A stretch of 64,000 bases of DNA from Clostridiales bacterium. GTDB lineage: Bacteria > Bacillota > Clostridia > Saccharofermentanales > Saccharofermentanaceae. The notes beneath the pieces are model-generated. The model did no database searches, was not told the origin of the DNA, and saw only the letters and a program-made list of their open reading frames with translations. Shown piece by piece: positions 28,316-39,330 of this stretch. The position numbers were made by a program, and so were the translations under genes. The DNA lies in contig JAFWDK010000012.1 of assembly GCA_017513085.1 (NCBI GenBank), forward strand, positions 1 to 64,000. The letters are read 5' to 3'. Position 1 is the first letter of the stretch, and every line of letters starts with the position of its first letter.

Positions 28316-29260
28316 ATGGATACATATAATACAAAACCAGAATTGCAATCCTTAGTTCCTGTAAATGACAGGATGAGTTTTTTGTATGTTGAAAAATGTA
28401 ATGTCAATCGTGAGTCTGGTGCTATATCATTTACGAATAAAGAAGGGCAGATCAATGTTCCAGCTTCATCCATTTCTGTTCTGTTACTAGGCCCTGGATG
28501 TGACATATCACATAGAGCTTTGGAGCTTATAGCTGATTCAGGAACATCTGTTGTGTGGGTGGGGGAGCATGGTGTCAGATATTACTGCCATGGTCGACCT
28601 TTAACCCGGACCTCTTCGTTGCTTATAAAACAGGCTACTATGGTCTCGAATGAAAGAAAGCGACTTGATGTTGCTCGTAAAATGTACGCAATGAGATTCC
28701 CAGGGGAGGATATTTCCAAGATGACATTAGCCCAGTTGAGAGGCAGAGAAGGCGCACGGGTTAGGAGAGTTTACAGAGAATTTGCTCATAAGTTTGGTGT
28801 TCCCTGGAATGGACGCGAATATGATCCAGAGGACTTTAACAATTCTAATGAGATTAACAAAGCTCTTTCTGCCGCCAACATCTGTTTATATGGTCTAGCG
28901 CATAGTGTAATTGCGGCACTAGGACTATCTCCGGGCTTGGGCTTTATTCACACTGGCCATGAAAGATCATTTGTCTATGATCTTGCTGATTTATATAAGG
29001 CAGAAATATCTATTCCAATTTCATTCCAAACGGTAGCGGAGACCCCGTCTGATATTGAATCTGCAGTTAGACACAAAATGAGAGACTGCTTTTATTCAAC
29101 AAAAGTTTTGAGACGGATGGTTGCGGACATATATACTATTTTATCGGAGAATGAAGAAGAAACTAGTGTAGAGGTGGATGTGTTGAAATTATGGGATAAC
29201 AAACAGGGTGAGGTTGATTCCGGGAAGCAGTATTCCTGTGATGAAGAAGATATAAAATGA
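28316..29260 (+). CDS. cas1: Cas1 (type I-E)
   Basis: LLLGPG, WVGEHGVRYY, QLRGREGARVR, GLGFIHTG, FVYDLADLYK. Confidence 0.97.
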   Translation: MDTYNTKPELQSLVPVNDRMSFLYVEKCNVNRESGAISFTNKEGQINVPASSISVLLLGPGCDISHRALELIADSGTSVVWVGEHGVRYYCHGRPLTRTSSLLIKQATMVSNERKRLDVARKMYAMRFPGEDISKMTLAQLRGREGARVRRVYREFAHKFGVPWNGREYDPEDFNNSNEINKALSAANICLYGLAHSVIAALGLSPGLGFIHTGHERSFVYDLADLYKAEISIPISFQTVAETPSDIESAVRHKMRDCFYSTKVLRRMVADIYTILSENEEETSVEVDVLKLWDNKQGEVDSGKQYSCDEEDIK

Positions 29261-30108
29261 TTGTATTATCTCTGTCAAAATGTTCTGCTTCTTTGAGAGG
29301 TGATTTGACCAAATGGTTGATGGAAATAGATACTGGAGTCTATGTTGGACGAGTTTCTGCTCGAGTCAGAGATCATTTATGGAAGAAGGTTGAAAACAAT
29401 ATAGGAGAAGGTCGTGCTATTCTCGTGTTCAGCGCACAGAACGAGCAAGGCTTTGATATAAAGACAATTAATTCAGAAAGATATCCTATTGATTGTGACG
29501 GACTTAAGTTAATGATGATACCTGCTAAGGAACCTCTCAAAGAAAGGAAGATTCATCAAACGAGAATCAAGAAAGCAAGTAGTAACCCAACAACGAAGTA
29601 TCCAGCAAATTCCTATGTGGTGCTTGACATAGAAACAACAGGCCTTGATAAAACAAGCGATAGAATCATCGAGTTTGCTTGCTTATCTGTAAGCAGAGAT
29701 GAGATTACTAAAGAGTTGCATGGATTTATAAAACATGAGCAACCTCTTTCCGATATGATAGTCAATTTAACAGGAATTACAGATGAAATGATTAATGGAG
29801 GAATGGATGAAAAAAGAGCATTAACAGATATATTAGACTTTATAGGACAAGAGTCTATTGTTATTCACAATGCCGAGTTTGACATTGGTTTTTTAAATGC
29901 AGCTTTACTTAGACACAACATGCCTCTCCTTTCAAATGTGTGTGTAGATACGCTAAAAATGGCAAGAAGGAGAGTTAAGGATGTAGAAAACTATAAGCTT
30001 GACACCCTAATTAAGCGTTTCTCATTAACTGCTCGGAAAAAACATAGAGCGTTAAGTGATTGTCATATAACATATGAGTTGTACAAAAGATTAATTGAAA
30101 TCGTATAA
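29257..30108 (+). CDS. cas2: Cas2 fused to a DEDDh (DnaQ-like) 3'-5' exonuclease
   Basis: LRGDLTKWLMEIDTGVYVG (I-E Cas2), then VLDIETTG, HNAEFD, HRALSD. Confidence 0.96.
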   Translation: MIVLSLSKCSASLRGDLTKWLMEIDTGVYVGRVSARVRDHLWKKVENNIGEGRAILVFSAQNEQGFDIKTINSERYPIDCDGLKLMMIPAKEPLKERKIHQTRIKKASSNPTTKYPANSYVVLDIETTGLDKTSDRIIEFACLSVSRDEITKELHGFIKHEQPLSDMIVNLTGITDEMINGGMDEKRALTDILDFIGQESIVIHNAEFDIGFLNAALLRHNMPLLSNVCVDTLKMARRRVKDVENYKLDTLIKRFSLTARKKHRALSDCHITYELYKRLIEIV

Positions 30109-30159
30109 AAACGAACCTTGACAATTAAATATTCCCCATTTTTATGGTATTATTCAAGT
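30109..30159 (+). promoter_or_regulatory. Short AT-rich CRISPR leader with extended -10
   Basis: 51 nt between cas2 stop and repeat 1; TG-G-TATTAT at 30145-30153. Confidence 0.65.
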
Positions 30160-31712
<1,553 letters not shown>

Positions 31713-32098
31713 TGACCTTTGGAGATGAACAGCTGTTTCCTGCGAGAAAAACGTAGTTTGAAACATTTTGAATGACACATATAAGCCATGACTGCACAAG
31801 CTCATTCAAAACGACAAATCTCTTATATTGTTACCATGGATCTTGTGAAAAAGCCTGCAGAAGCAATGTATGCCTTGCTAAACAATAGTTATAGTTCGCA
31901 TTACAATTTTCGTATCTAAGTTTGCAAAAAATCAGGAACTTGTTTATGACAGAAGCGGGATAGACGAGACATTGATTACTGCAGAATGGACGTGAGAAAG
32001 ATTGAATATAATATATGAATATCCATGGTATTTGCTTAGGTTGCACATATATCCCTGAATAGTTAGAATTAGTATTAGAAATACAATTCTGCTGGGGG

Positions 32099-33997
32099 AT
32101 GCATATGCTTGTCTATTCTGGAATCAAAACGGATTTTATGCGTGATGTAGATGACGGTGTTCTTGCGGGGAAAATCAAGCAGACTATCCTTGAGAAGATG
32201 GGGAGAAGGACGCCGGATAGTGAGTTCCGTTCTTGGGAGAATTCCATGAAGGATATGTTTATTGTGATGAGTGATTCTCAGATCCCTGAAGATTCCGGTG
32301 TGGCGATTGAATATAACATTCCGCAGACGGCGAAGCGTGTGGACTTTATTATATCCGGTTATGACAAAGACAACCGTCCTTCCATTGTGGTGATTGAACT
32401 CAAGCAGTGGGAGATGCTCAAGGCTATTGCAGGGATGGATGCTTTGGTAGAGACATATACGGGTGGAGCAAATAGAAGAGTGGTACACCCGTCTTATCAG
32501 GCCTGGTCATATGCGCAGCTGATCAAAGACTATAACTCTACAGTCCAGGATAAAGAGATTCAGATCTGGCCTTGCGCATATTTGCATAACTATGCACGTA
32601 AAGAAGACGATCCAATCGATAGTGAGTGGTACGATGAGTACCAGAAAGAAGCCCCTGCATTTACAAAAGGTCAGAACGCTAAGCTGCGTGAGTATATCAA
32701 GAAAAGCATTGTAAAAGGCGACAGCAAAGAAGTTCTTTACTATCTTGAGAATGGAAAGATACGTCCTTCCAAGAGCCTGCAGGATTCCATCGGAAAGATG
32801 TTGAAAGGTAATCCTGAGTTCATCATGATCGATGAACAGAAAGTGGTATACGAAGAAGTAGTTCGGCTATCAGAGCTTTGCCAGAAAGATAATAAGAAAA
32901 GGACGATTATCTGTCAGGGCGGCCCGGGAACCGGAAAGACGGTTATTGCTGTAAATCTTCTTGCAGAACTGACGCAAAGAGGACAGATGGTCCAGTATGT
33001 ATCTAAGAATGCTGCGCCTCGTCAAGTCTATCTTCGAAAGTTGAAGGGGACTTATTCAAAGAGTAGCGTCAATAATATGTTCAAAGGTTCCGGCCAGTAT
33101 TTTGAGGCGCCTGAAAACTTTGCGGGGACACTGTTGGTGGATGAGGCACACCGATTAAATGAGAAATCCGGAATCTACCATAACAACGGAGAGAATCAGA
33201 TAAAAGAACTGATCCATTCCTGTCTGTGTAGTGTTTTCTTTATTGACGAAGATCAGCGTGTGACGATGGATGATATCGGCAGCATTGACCAGATAAAACG
33301 ATGGGCAAGAGAGGCGGATTCTCAGGTATATGAGATGGAGCTGGTTTCTCAGTTCCGTTGCAATGGTTCGAATGGTTATATGGCATGGCTGGACGATGTT
33401 CTTCAGATCCGTGAAACGGCAAATCCGGATCTGGATGGATTGGATTTTGATATCCGCATCTGTGATACTCCGGGTGAAGTGCGTGATCTGATTTTTGAGA
33501 AGAACAGAAGCACAAACCGCGCGCGTATCCTTGCGGGTTATTGCTGGAATTGGAATAAGAAAGAAGCAAACAACACGGATTATCATGACATAAAGATCGG
33601 AGACTTCGAAATGAGTTGGAATCTTGACGGCGGAGAACCTTTTGCTGTATCGGATACGTCTGTGAATGAGATCGGATGCATTCATACATCACAGGGCCTG
33701 GAGTTTGATTATGTCGGCGTAATAATCGGCGAGGATATCCGCTATGAGGATGGTAAAGTCATTACCGACTTCTCGAAACGCGCTCAAACTGATCAGTCAC
33801 TTCGAGGAATCAAGAAACTGAATAAGGAAAATCCTGAAGAAGCACGGGAGCGTGCAGATCAGATTATCCGGAATACATACCGAACACTTCTGACACGCGG
33901 AATGAAAGGTTGCTATATCTACTGTGTGGACTCGGAGTTGGAACGGTATCTGAAAGAAAGAATAAACGCATATAACTCGAAGAAGGTGAATACATGA
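32099..33997 (+). CDS. DUF2075 (Schlafen group 3-like) SF1 helicase with N-terminal PD-(D/E)XK-like nuclease domain
   Basis: IEYNIP..KRVDFIISG...VVIELKQW, HPSYQAWSY; GGPGTGKT, LLVDEAH, SQFRCNG, GCIHTSQGLEFDY, NTYRTLLTRG. Confidence 0.9.
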   Translation: MHMLVYSGIKTDFMRDVDDGVLAGKIKQTILEKMGRRTPDSEFRSWENSMKDMFIVMSDSQIPEDSGVAIEYNIPQTAKRVDFIISGYDKDNRPSIVVIELKQWEMLKAIAGMDALVETYTGGANRRVVHPSYQAWSYAQLIKDYNSTVQDKEIQIWPCAYLHNYARKEDDPIDSEWYDEYQKEAPAFTKGQNAKLREYIKKSIVKGDSKEVLYYLENGKIRPSKSLQDSIGKMLKGNPEFIMIDEQKVVYEEVVRLSELCQKDNKKRTIICQGGPGTGKTVIAVNLLAELTQRGQMVQYVSKNAAPRQVYLRKLKGTYSKSSVNNMFKGSGQYFEAPENFAGTLLVDEAHRLNEKSGIYHNNGENQIKELIHSCLCSVFFIDEDQRVTMDDIGSIDQIKRWAREADSQVYEMELVSQFRCNGSNGYMAWLDDVLQIRETANPDLDGLDFDIRICDTPGEVRDLIFEKNRSTNRARILAGYCWNWNKKEANNTDYHDIKIGDFEMSWNLDGGEPFAVSDTSVNEIGCIHTSQGLEFDYVGVIIGEDIRYEDGKVITDFSKRAQTDQSLRGIKKLNKENPEEARERADQIIRNTYRTLLTRGMKGCYIYCVDSELERYLKERINAYNSKKVNT

Positions 33998-34314
33998 ATG
34001 ATCAGACGATAGCAAGGATTAGAAAGTTTAAAGAAGAACGGGATTGGGATAAGTTTCATACTCCGGCAAATCTCGCGAAATCCATATCCATCGAAGCAAA
34101 TGAACTACTCGAGTGCTTTCAGTGGAGCGATACGGAATACAATCTCCAGCATGTGAAAGAAGAACTGGCGGATGTGCTTGTTTATTGCCGAGACTTGCTC
34201 GATAAACTCGGACTGGACGAAGACGAAATCGTCAATATGAAGATGGATCAGAATGAAGCGAAGTATCCGGCTGACAAGGCTAGAGGAAATAGTACAAAGT
34301 ATGACGAGCTGTGA
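33994..34314 (+). CDS. MazG-like nucleotide pyrophosphohydrolase
   Basis: ERDWDKFH, IEANELLECFQW, EELADV, KMDQNEAKYP; ATGA overlap with the DUF2075 gene. Confidence 0.92.
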   Translation: MNDQTIARIRKFKEERDWDKFHTPANLAKSISIEANELLECFQWSDTEYNLQHVKEELADVLVYCRDLLDKLGLDEDEIVNMKMDQNEAKYPADKARGNSTKYDEL

Positions 34315-34559
34315 ATGGTGAATCTCAGCTTAGTTGGTGAGAATAAGTGAAAACTATATAGTGCATGCTTTGGGGGAGTAAATGCGTCGTAGAGTTGAAA
34401 TAGGTGTAAATGATTTAGCGACATGGTGTAAAACACATAACACCTAATTGATGAGTTGGATTCAGCTAACGAATTTCAAAAAGGGAAGCAGTTCAATGAA
34501 ATGACATATTATCAGTTCTAGCCATGCTTTTTCAAAATGCATGGTTTCAGGGAGAATAC

Positions 34560-35540
34560 ATGAGATTTGAAATTACAACATCATATGGAAAAGGAAATAT
34601 TCAGGCTATTGCTATAAGTAAGAAATTAAACGATTTGCAGATTTCTGAGGGAGAAAATGTTGTTTTTGATTTTCAAAAGTATAAAGAAAAGAATCCGTTT
34701 AGCAATCTCTTGTTAATCAATTCGATTAGACGATTTCGCAAAAGATTTCCTGAGTCTGAGATGAGGTGCTCATATGTTGAGGATGGAGGGTATTTATCTC
34801 ACATTGGATTTTTTAAGAAATTGGGGCTGAATATCGGAAATGAACCAGGAGCAGCTCATGCAAATTCGAGGTATGTTCCTATAACTGATATTATATTAGA
34901 AAACGACTTTTATGGGAGTATTGAAGATATTGCTAAGCGACTAACGAATACACTCCAATTTGATGATGATCTTCAAGAAACATCTGAGTATGTTCTGATT
35001 GAGACGATTCGCAATGTATTTGAACATGCTGGCGTGAAAGAGGTTTCAGTTGCCGCGCAGAAATGGCCGACAAAGAATCTTGTGGAAATTGCAATTATGG
35101 ACACAGGTTGTGGAATAGTTGGCAGTATGGGGAAAAAGTATTCTCTTAACGAGGTTGAACTGTTGAAGTATGCTTGTAAGCCTGGTATTACAACAGGATC
35201 GAATTTTACATATTTAGATCTGGATGATCCATGGAGGAATTCAGGGTATGGGTTATACATGTTAAAAGAGTTAACACTCGAATACAATGGATCGTTTATT
35301 ATCTGTAGTGGAGATAAGGCTGTTAGATACAGAAAGAAAGACAAACAAATAGAAGAAAAGGTTTTTTCTGCTGGCTGCGAAGGTACGATTATCTGTTTGC
35401 GGTTTTCTACAGAACAACAACCTTCTTTCTCGGAGGTCCGAAAGAGAATCCTAAAGAGTGGCGAAGACGAAGCGAAGAGAATTGCAGGTGCGATTCAAAA
35501 GGCGTCAAGGTCTTCGGGAGGAAGATATATTATTTCTTGA
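34560..35540 (+). CDS. ATP-binding protein: STAS-like N-terminus + GHKL/HATPase domain, no HisKA
   Basis: YLSHIGFF, ETIRNVFEHA (N box), IAIMDTGCGI (G1), NSGYGL (G2), EGTII. Confidence 0.78.
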   Translation: MRFEITTSYGKGNIQAIAISKKLNDLQISEGENVVFDFQKYKEKNPFSNLLLINSIRRFRKRFPESEMRCSYVEDGGYLSHIGFFKKLGLNIGNEPGAAHANSRYVPITDIILENDFYGSIEDIAKRLTNTLQFDDDLQETSEYVLIETIRNVFEHAGVKEVSVAAQKWPTKNLVEIAIMDTGCGIVGSMGKKYSLNEVELLKYACKPGITTGSNFTYLDLDDPWRNSGYGLYMLKELTLEYNGSFIICSGDKAVRYRKKDKQIEEKVFSAGCEGTIICLRFSTEQQPSFSEVRKRILKSGEDEAKRIAGAIQKASRSSGGRYIIS

Positions 35541-35695
35541 TGAAATAATGTTGGATAAAGATGCTGTGGATTTTGGCTCGCTGATTGTTAATCAAAGCTG
35601 GTAATGATTCAAGTGAGATACAGCTCGTTCTGTACAGACATATGGTGTTTGTATGGGCTCAAACAATAAAATCTAGGATTGGTAGGTTATAGAAG

Positions 35696-36064
35696 ATGGA
35701 CACAAATCAAGCGATACAGATCATACACGACAACTACAAGTGTGAGGGAAACAGCTTCATATACTATCTCCATGAGAAAAGTACTTTTGACACGGAAGGG
35801 TTCTGGGCGTTCTATGATAGTGTTGTGGCGTTGGTGGAGCGTGAGGAGTTGAAGACTGCGGAGTTGACCAGGGAGATCACGGGTGTCTACCAGTTGATAC
35901 TGAAGTATTTTGTGTTCCATTTTGATCCGGCGGACGGGTATGTGATCGCGGGGTTCCCGAAGGAGTATATCGGGTACATTGAGAGGGTCGAGTATGCTTT
36001 GATGGCGTACTATAGTGGGAATATGAGGCTTGTGATAGAGGACGACTTTGAGTTGGAGAGGTAA
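35696..36064 (+). CDS. Imm41-like immunity protein
   Basis: NY...SFIYYLHE...FD...FW..YD, HFDPADGY pattern recalled for the Imm41 family. Confidence 0.6.
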   Translation: MDTNQAIQIIHDNYKCEGNSFIYYLHEKSTFDTEGFWAFYDSVVALVEREELKTAELTREITGVYQLILKYFVFHFDPADGYVIAGFPKEYIGYIERVEYALMAYYSGNMRLVIEDDFELER

Positions 36065-36067
36065 CGC

Positions 36068-36634
36068 ATGAACGAGGTTTTGGTGGATGAGGCGATTGGG
36101 TTCATCCGGGGATTGTTTGCAAACAGGAGTGATGGGCATGATGTGGAGCATTCGTTGAGGGTGTACCGGAATGCGAAGAAGATCGCTTCGTGTGAGTGTG
36201 GTTTTGATGAAGAGGTCGTGGTGTTGGCGGCGTTGCTTCATGATGTGGACGATAGTAAGCTTTTTGAGACGAAGGACAATGCGAATGCCAGAGGTTTTCT
36301 GAATTCCGTGGGGATTTCGGCAGGGAAAATCGATAAGATCTGTGCGGTGATTAATTCCGTTTCTTTTTCGCATAACAGGGGGAGACGGCCGGATTCTGTT
36401 GAAGGGAAGATCGTGCAGGATGCGGACCGACTTGATGCGATGGGGGCGATTGGGATCGCGAGGACGTATGCCTATGGGGGAAGCCATGGGCGGTCACTGG
36501 AGATGTCGAGGCAGCATTTTTACGATAAACTGTTGCTTTTGAAGGATGAGATGAATACGGAAAAGGGAAGGGAGCTGGCGCAGAGACGGCATGCTTTTCT
36601 GGAAGCTTTTCTGAATGAATTGGAGAATGAATGA
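36068..36634 (+). CDS. HD-domain phosphohydrolase
   Basis: GHDVEHSLRV, AALLHDVDD, VQDADRLDAMGAIGIAR. Confidence 0.92.
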   Translation: MNEVLVDEAIGFIRGLFANRSDGHDVEHSLRVYRNAKKIASCECGFDEEVVVLAALLHDVDDSKLFETKDNANARGFLNSVGISAGKIDKICAVINSVSFSHNRGRRPDSVEGKIVQDADRLDAMGAIGIARTYAYGGSHGRSLEMSRQHFYDKLLLLKDEMNTEKGRELAQRRHAFLEAFLNELENE

Positions 36635-37160
36635 GAGGAAAATATACATGAAAGTTATAAAAACGATTTTCGACGATTGTCTGGTCGTTGAACCGACGCA
36701 AAGAAACGACGAAAGATGCGATATGGCGCTTCTGTATAGTCATGAGGGAGAGATGAAAGAGATCTTTCACGGATTTACGCTGACGGAGCAGCGCTTCTAT
36801 CGGATGAGGAAGCATGCGTTTTTTGGGATCCATAAGGGGCCGCCGAGACTGGTCTGCATTATTGCGGGGAAGGGTCTGGATTATGTGGTCGATCTGAGGA
36901 AGGATTCGCCTACATATAAGCAGTACCAGACGATCGAACTGAGTGGTGATGCGCCGAAGATCGTCTTCATTCCTTCGGGGTTCGGTCATGCTTTTCTTTC
37001 TCTTGCAGAAGGTACGATCGAGGCTTTCGGCATGGATCTGGATGCGCCGTTTGAGAGGAGCGGGCCGGTCAACTATAAGTCTCCGGGAATCGACTTGAAA
37101 CTTCCTGTTTCAGATGTGATCCTGGCGGACTATGACAGGGATGCGGCTATGTTAGAATAA
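36627..37160 (+). CDS. RmlC-like cupin (dTDP-4-dehydrorhamnose 3,5-epimerase family, divergent)
   Basis: VVDLRKDSPTY, FIPSGFGHAF; start either 36627 or 36648. Confidence 0.75.
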   Translation: MNERKIYMKVIKTIFDDCLVVEPTQRNDERCDMALLYSHEGEMKEIFHGFTLTEQRFYRMRKHAFFGIHKGPPRLVCIIAGKGLDYVVDLRKDSPTYKQYQTIELSGDAPKIVFIPSGFGHAFLSLAEGTIEAFGMDLDAPFERSGPVNYKSPGIDLKLPVSDVILADYDRDAAMLE

Positions 37161-37179
37161 AATCGAGACTGTAAAAGAA

Positions 37180-37455
37180 ATGGAGAAAGTGCTTTTTGCC
37201 GTGGATGAATTGACCGGACTGATCGGTGCCGCTGCGCTGATGCGGCCGTCGAAGAGCACGAAGGATATGGAGTTGAAGTCTTTGAAGAAAAAGTATAAGA
37301 GCAAAGGCTTCGCGGCGGGATGTTCTCGGGAAGTGATCGAGCGTGGTGCAGAGCAATTAGGGTGGGAGCTCGATAAGCTTCTGACGATGACGATTGCGGC
37401 GATGGCTGCGACGGAAGATGAGATCAACAGTAAGATGGAAAATCTAGATATTTAG
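37180..37455 (+). pseudogene. C-terminal half of an HDIG-type hydrolase, N-terminus missing
   Basis: MEKVLFAVDELTGLI...RPSKS...SLKKK...FAAGCSR is the C-terminal part of this family; no HD motif, and an in-frame stop lies just upstream. Confidence 0.7.
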
Positions 37456-37474
37456 TGTTCGGGAGGACTGAAAA

Positions 37475-37999
37475 ATGAACGAGACGATCAAAGTTTTAGA
37501 GAGCAGAAGAAGCTGCAGAAATTTTAAGCCGGATATGGTGAACGAGGAAGACCTGAAGGCGATCATCCGGGCCGGGACTTATGCTGCGACAGGCATGGGC
37601 AAGCAGAGCCCGATCATTATCGCGGTGACAGATAAGAAGCTTCGTGATGAGATCGCTGAGGAGAACAGAAAGATCGGCGGTTGGAGCGAGGGCTTCGATC
37701 CTTTCTATGGTGCGCCGGTCATCCTGATCGTTCTGGCGAAGAAGGATGTGGTTACGTACATTTACGATGGTTCTCTGGTAATGGGAAACTTGATGAATGC
37801 GGCGGAGAGTCTGGGTGTGGCGAGCATCTGGATCCATCGTGCCAAGGAAGAGTTTGAGTCGGAGTTCGGTAAAGCGATCCTGAAAAAACTCGATATTGAG
37901 GGCGAGTACGAGGGTATCGGTCATTGTGCGCTCGGCTATGCGGCGGAACCGGCGAGAGAGGCGGCTGCGCGTAAAGCGGATTACGTTTATTATATTTGA
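37475..37999 (+). CDS. Nitroreductase family protein
   Basis: SRRSCRNF, AATGMGKQ, NLMNAAESLG; GGAGG RBS. Confidence 0.93.
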   Translation: MNETIKVLESRRSCRNFKPDMVNEEDLKAIIRAGTYAATGMGKQSPIIIAVTDKKLRDEIAEENRKIGGWSEGFDPFYGAPVILIVLAKKDVVTYIYDGSLVMGNLMNAAESLGVASIWIHRAKEEFESEFGKAILKKLDIEGEYEGIGHCALGYAAEPAREAAARKADYVYYI

Positions 38000-38131
38000 C
38001 GGAACGCTGAGATTTGCGACTAAAAGAGCGGGAGGCTTTTCCATAGTCTTAGGGGATTACTTGCTGAATTTGTTCGCCTGGTAGTATTTTCGTGTATAAT
38101 CGAGATAGTAATTTCGGGAGGAAGTCTTCGG

Positions 38132-39328
38132 ATGCGGATCGATTCAGTGGAGCGTGGCGCCGTGTGGGGCGCGGCAGTCGTGGGGATCATTGCGCAAAGC
38201 GTGATCCTGGCGGTTTTCTGTCCGCTTCTCGTCGGAGTCTTCTATTTTTCTGTGGCGATGCTCACATTAAATCTCTCTTTCTTTCTGGAAAAAACACCGG
38301 CGAATGTCTTTCGAGCGTTGCTGGTCATTTGTGCTTTGGCAGCAGTAGTTTTGAGCGGTAAATGGTATATGGGGGCGATCGGACTATTGCTGATTTCTGC
38401 AGCCGTGAGATTGAAACCGGGGCTGAGAAGAATCTTGGGTGGTATCCTTTGCCTGACTGCGCTTGGCTGTTTCCTTTTCCGTGAAATGCCGGATGTTATC
38501 CGGGTTTTGGTGGTTTTCGGGGTGCTCCTTGCTTCCTATATCCTATGGGAATCTCTAGAGATGATCGTATATCGTCTGGAAACTATGAACCAGAGGCTGG
38601 ATCGGGCGTTGACAGCGGCCGCGCTGGATGCGATGGAGCAGAGGAGTCTTCGTGAGCAGATCGCGAAGGATCAAAACGTGAATGAGCATAATGCGCGTCT
38701 TCAGGAGCGTGAACGGATCTCGAGAGATATCCATAATATGGTCGGGCATACGCTTTCTGCGGCGACGGTGACGCTGGATGCGGCTTCGATGCTGGTGCCG
38801 AGTGATCAGACGCGGGCCAAGGAGAAGATCGATGTGGCCAATTCTCGTGTGCATGAGGCGATCTCGTCGGTGAGAAGTGTTGTGCGGACGTTGGATGCGG
38901 ATGATGACAAGGTCGTGCTGACGGACTATATGAAATCGCTTCAGGTCATGGTCTCTGAGTTCATGATGGATACCGAGATCAAGGTATATCACAATTTTGC
39001 CCAGATCGATCAGGAGGCGCGGATCCCGTTGTCGGTCGCATCGTTCCTGAGCAGTTCGCTTTCGGAGCTTCTGACCAATGGTGTCAAGCACGGCGGTGCG
39101 AAGATCTTCGTGGTGACTTTCCTTTATGATGTGAAAAATGTGCGGCTTACGGTGCAGGATAATGGCACCGGATGGGGCGTGTTGACGGCAAGTGAGAAGA
39201 AGATGAAGCTCGCTAACGGGTTTGGTCTTCGGAAGATGATCGAATATGCGGAGAAAAAAGGCGGTTCCTGCGTGATCGAGAGCGAAGACGGTTTCGCGGT
39301 GAGACTTCAGATGCCTTTGGAGGAGTAG
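38132..39328 (+). CDS. Membrane sensor histidine kinase (HisKA_3)
   Basis: TM N-terminus, ERERISRDIHN, ELLTNGVKH, QDNGTG, GFGL. Confidence 0.93.
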   Translation: MRIDSVERGAVWGAAVVGIIAQSVILAVFCPLLVGVFYFSVAMLTLNLSFFLEKTPANVFRALLVICALAAVVLSGKWYMGAIGLLLISAAVRLKPGLRRILGGILCLTALGCFLFREMPDVIRVLVVFGVLLASYILWESLEMIVYRLETMNQRLDRALTAAALDAMEQRSLREQIAKDQNVNEHNARLQERERISRDIHNMVGHTLSAATVTLDAASMLVPSDQTRAKEKIDVANSRVHEAISSVRSVVRTLDADDDKVVLTDYMKSLQVMVSEFMMDTEIKVYHNFAQIDQEARIPLSVASFLSSSLSELLTNGVKHGGAKIFVVTFLYDVKNVRLTVQDNGTGWGVLTASEKKMKLANGFGLRKMIEYAEKKGGSCVIESEDGFAVRLQMPLEE

Positions 39329-39330
39329 GT

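Noticed and set aside
21040-30108. CreTA-like RNA or extra gene inside the cas operon
   Set aside because: Genes overlap or are separated by 15 nt or less, leaving no room
31732-31745. CTGTTTCCTGCG as an additional degenerate CRISPR repeat
   Set aside because: Only a short partial match and out of the 61-nt register
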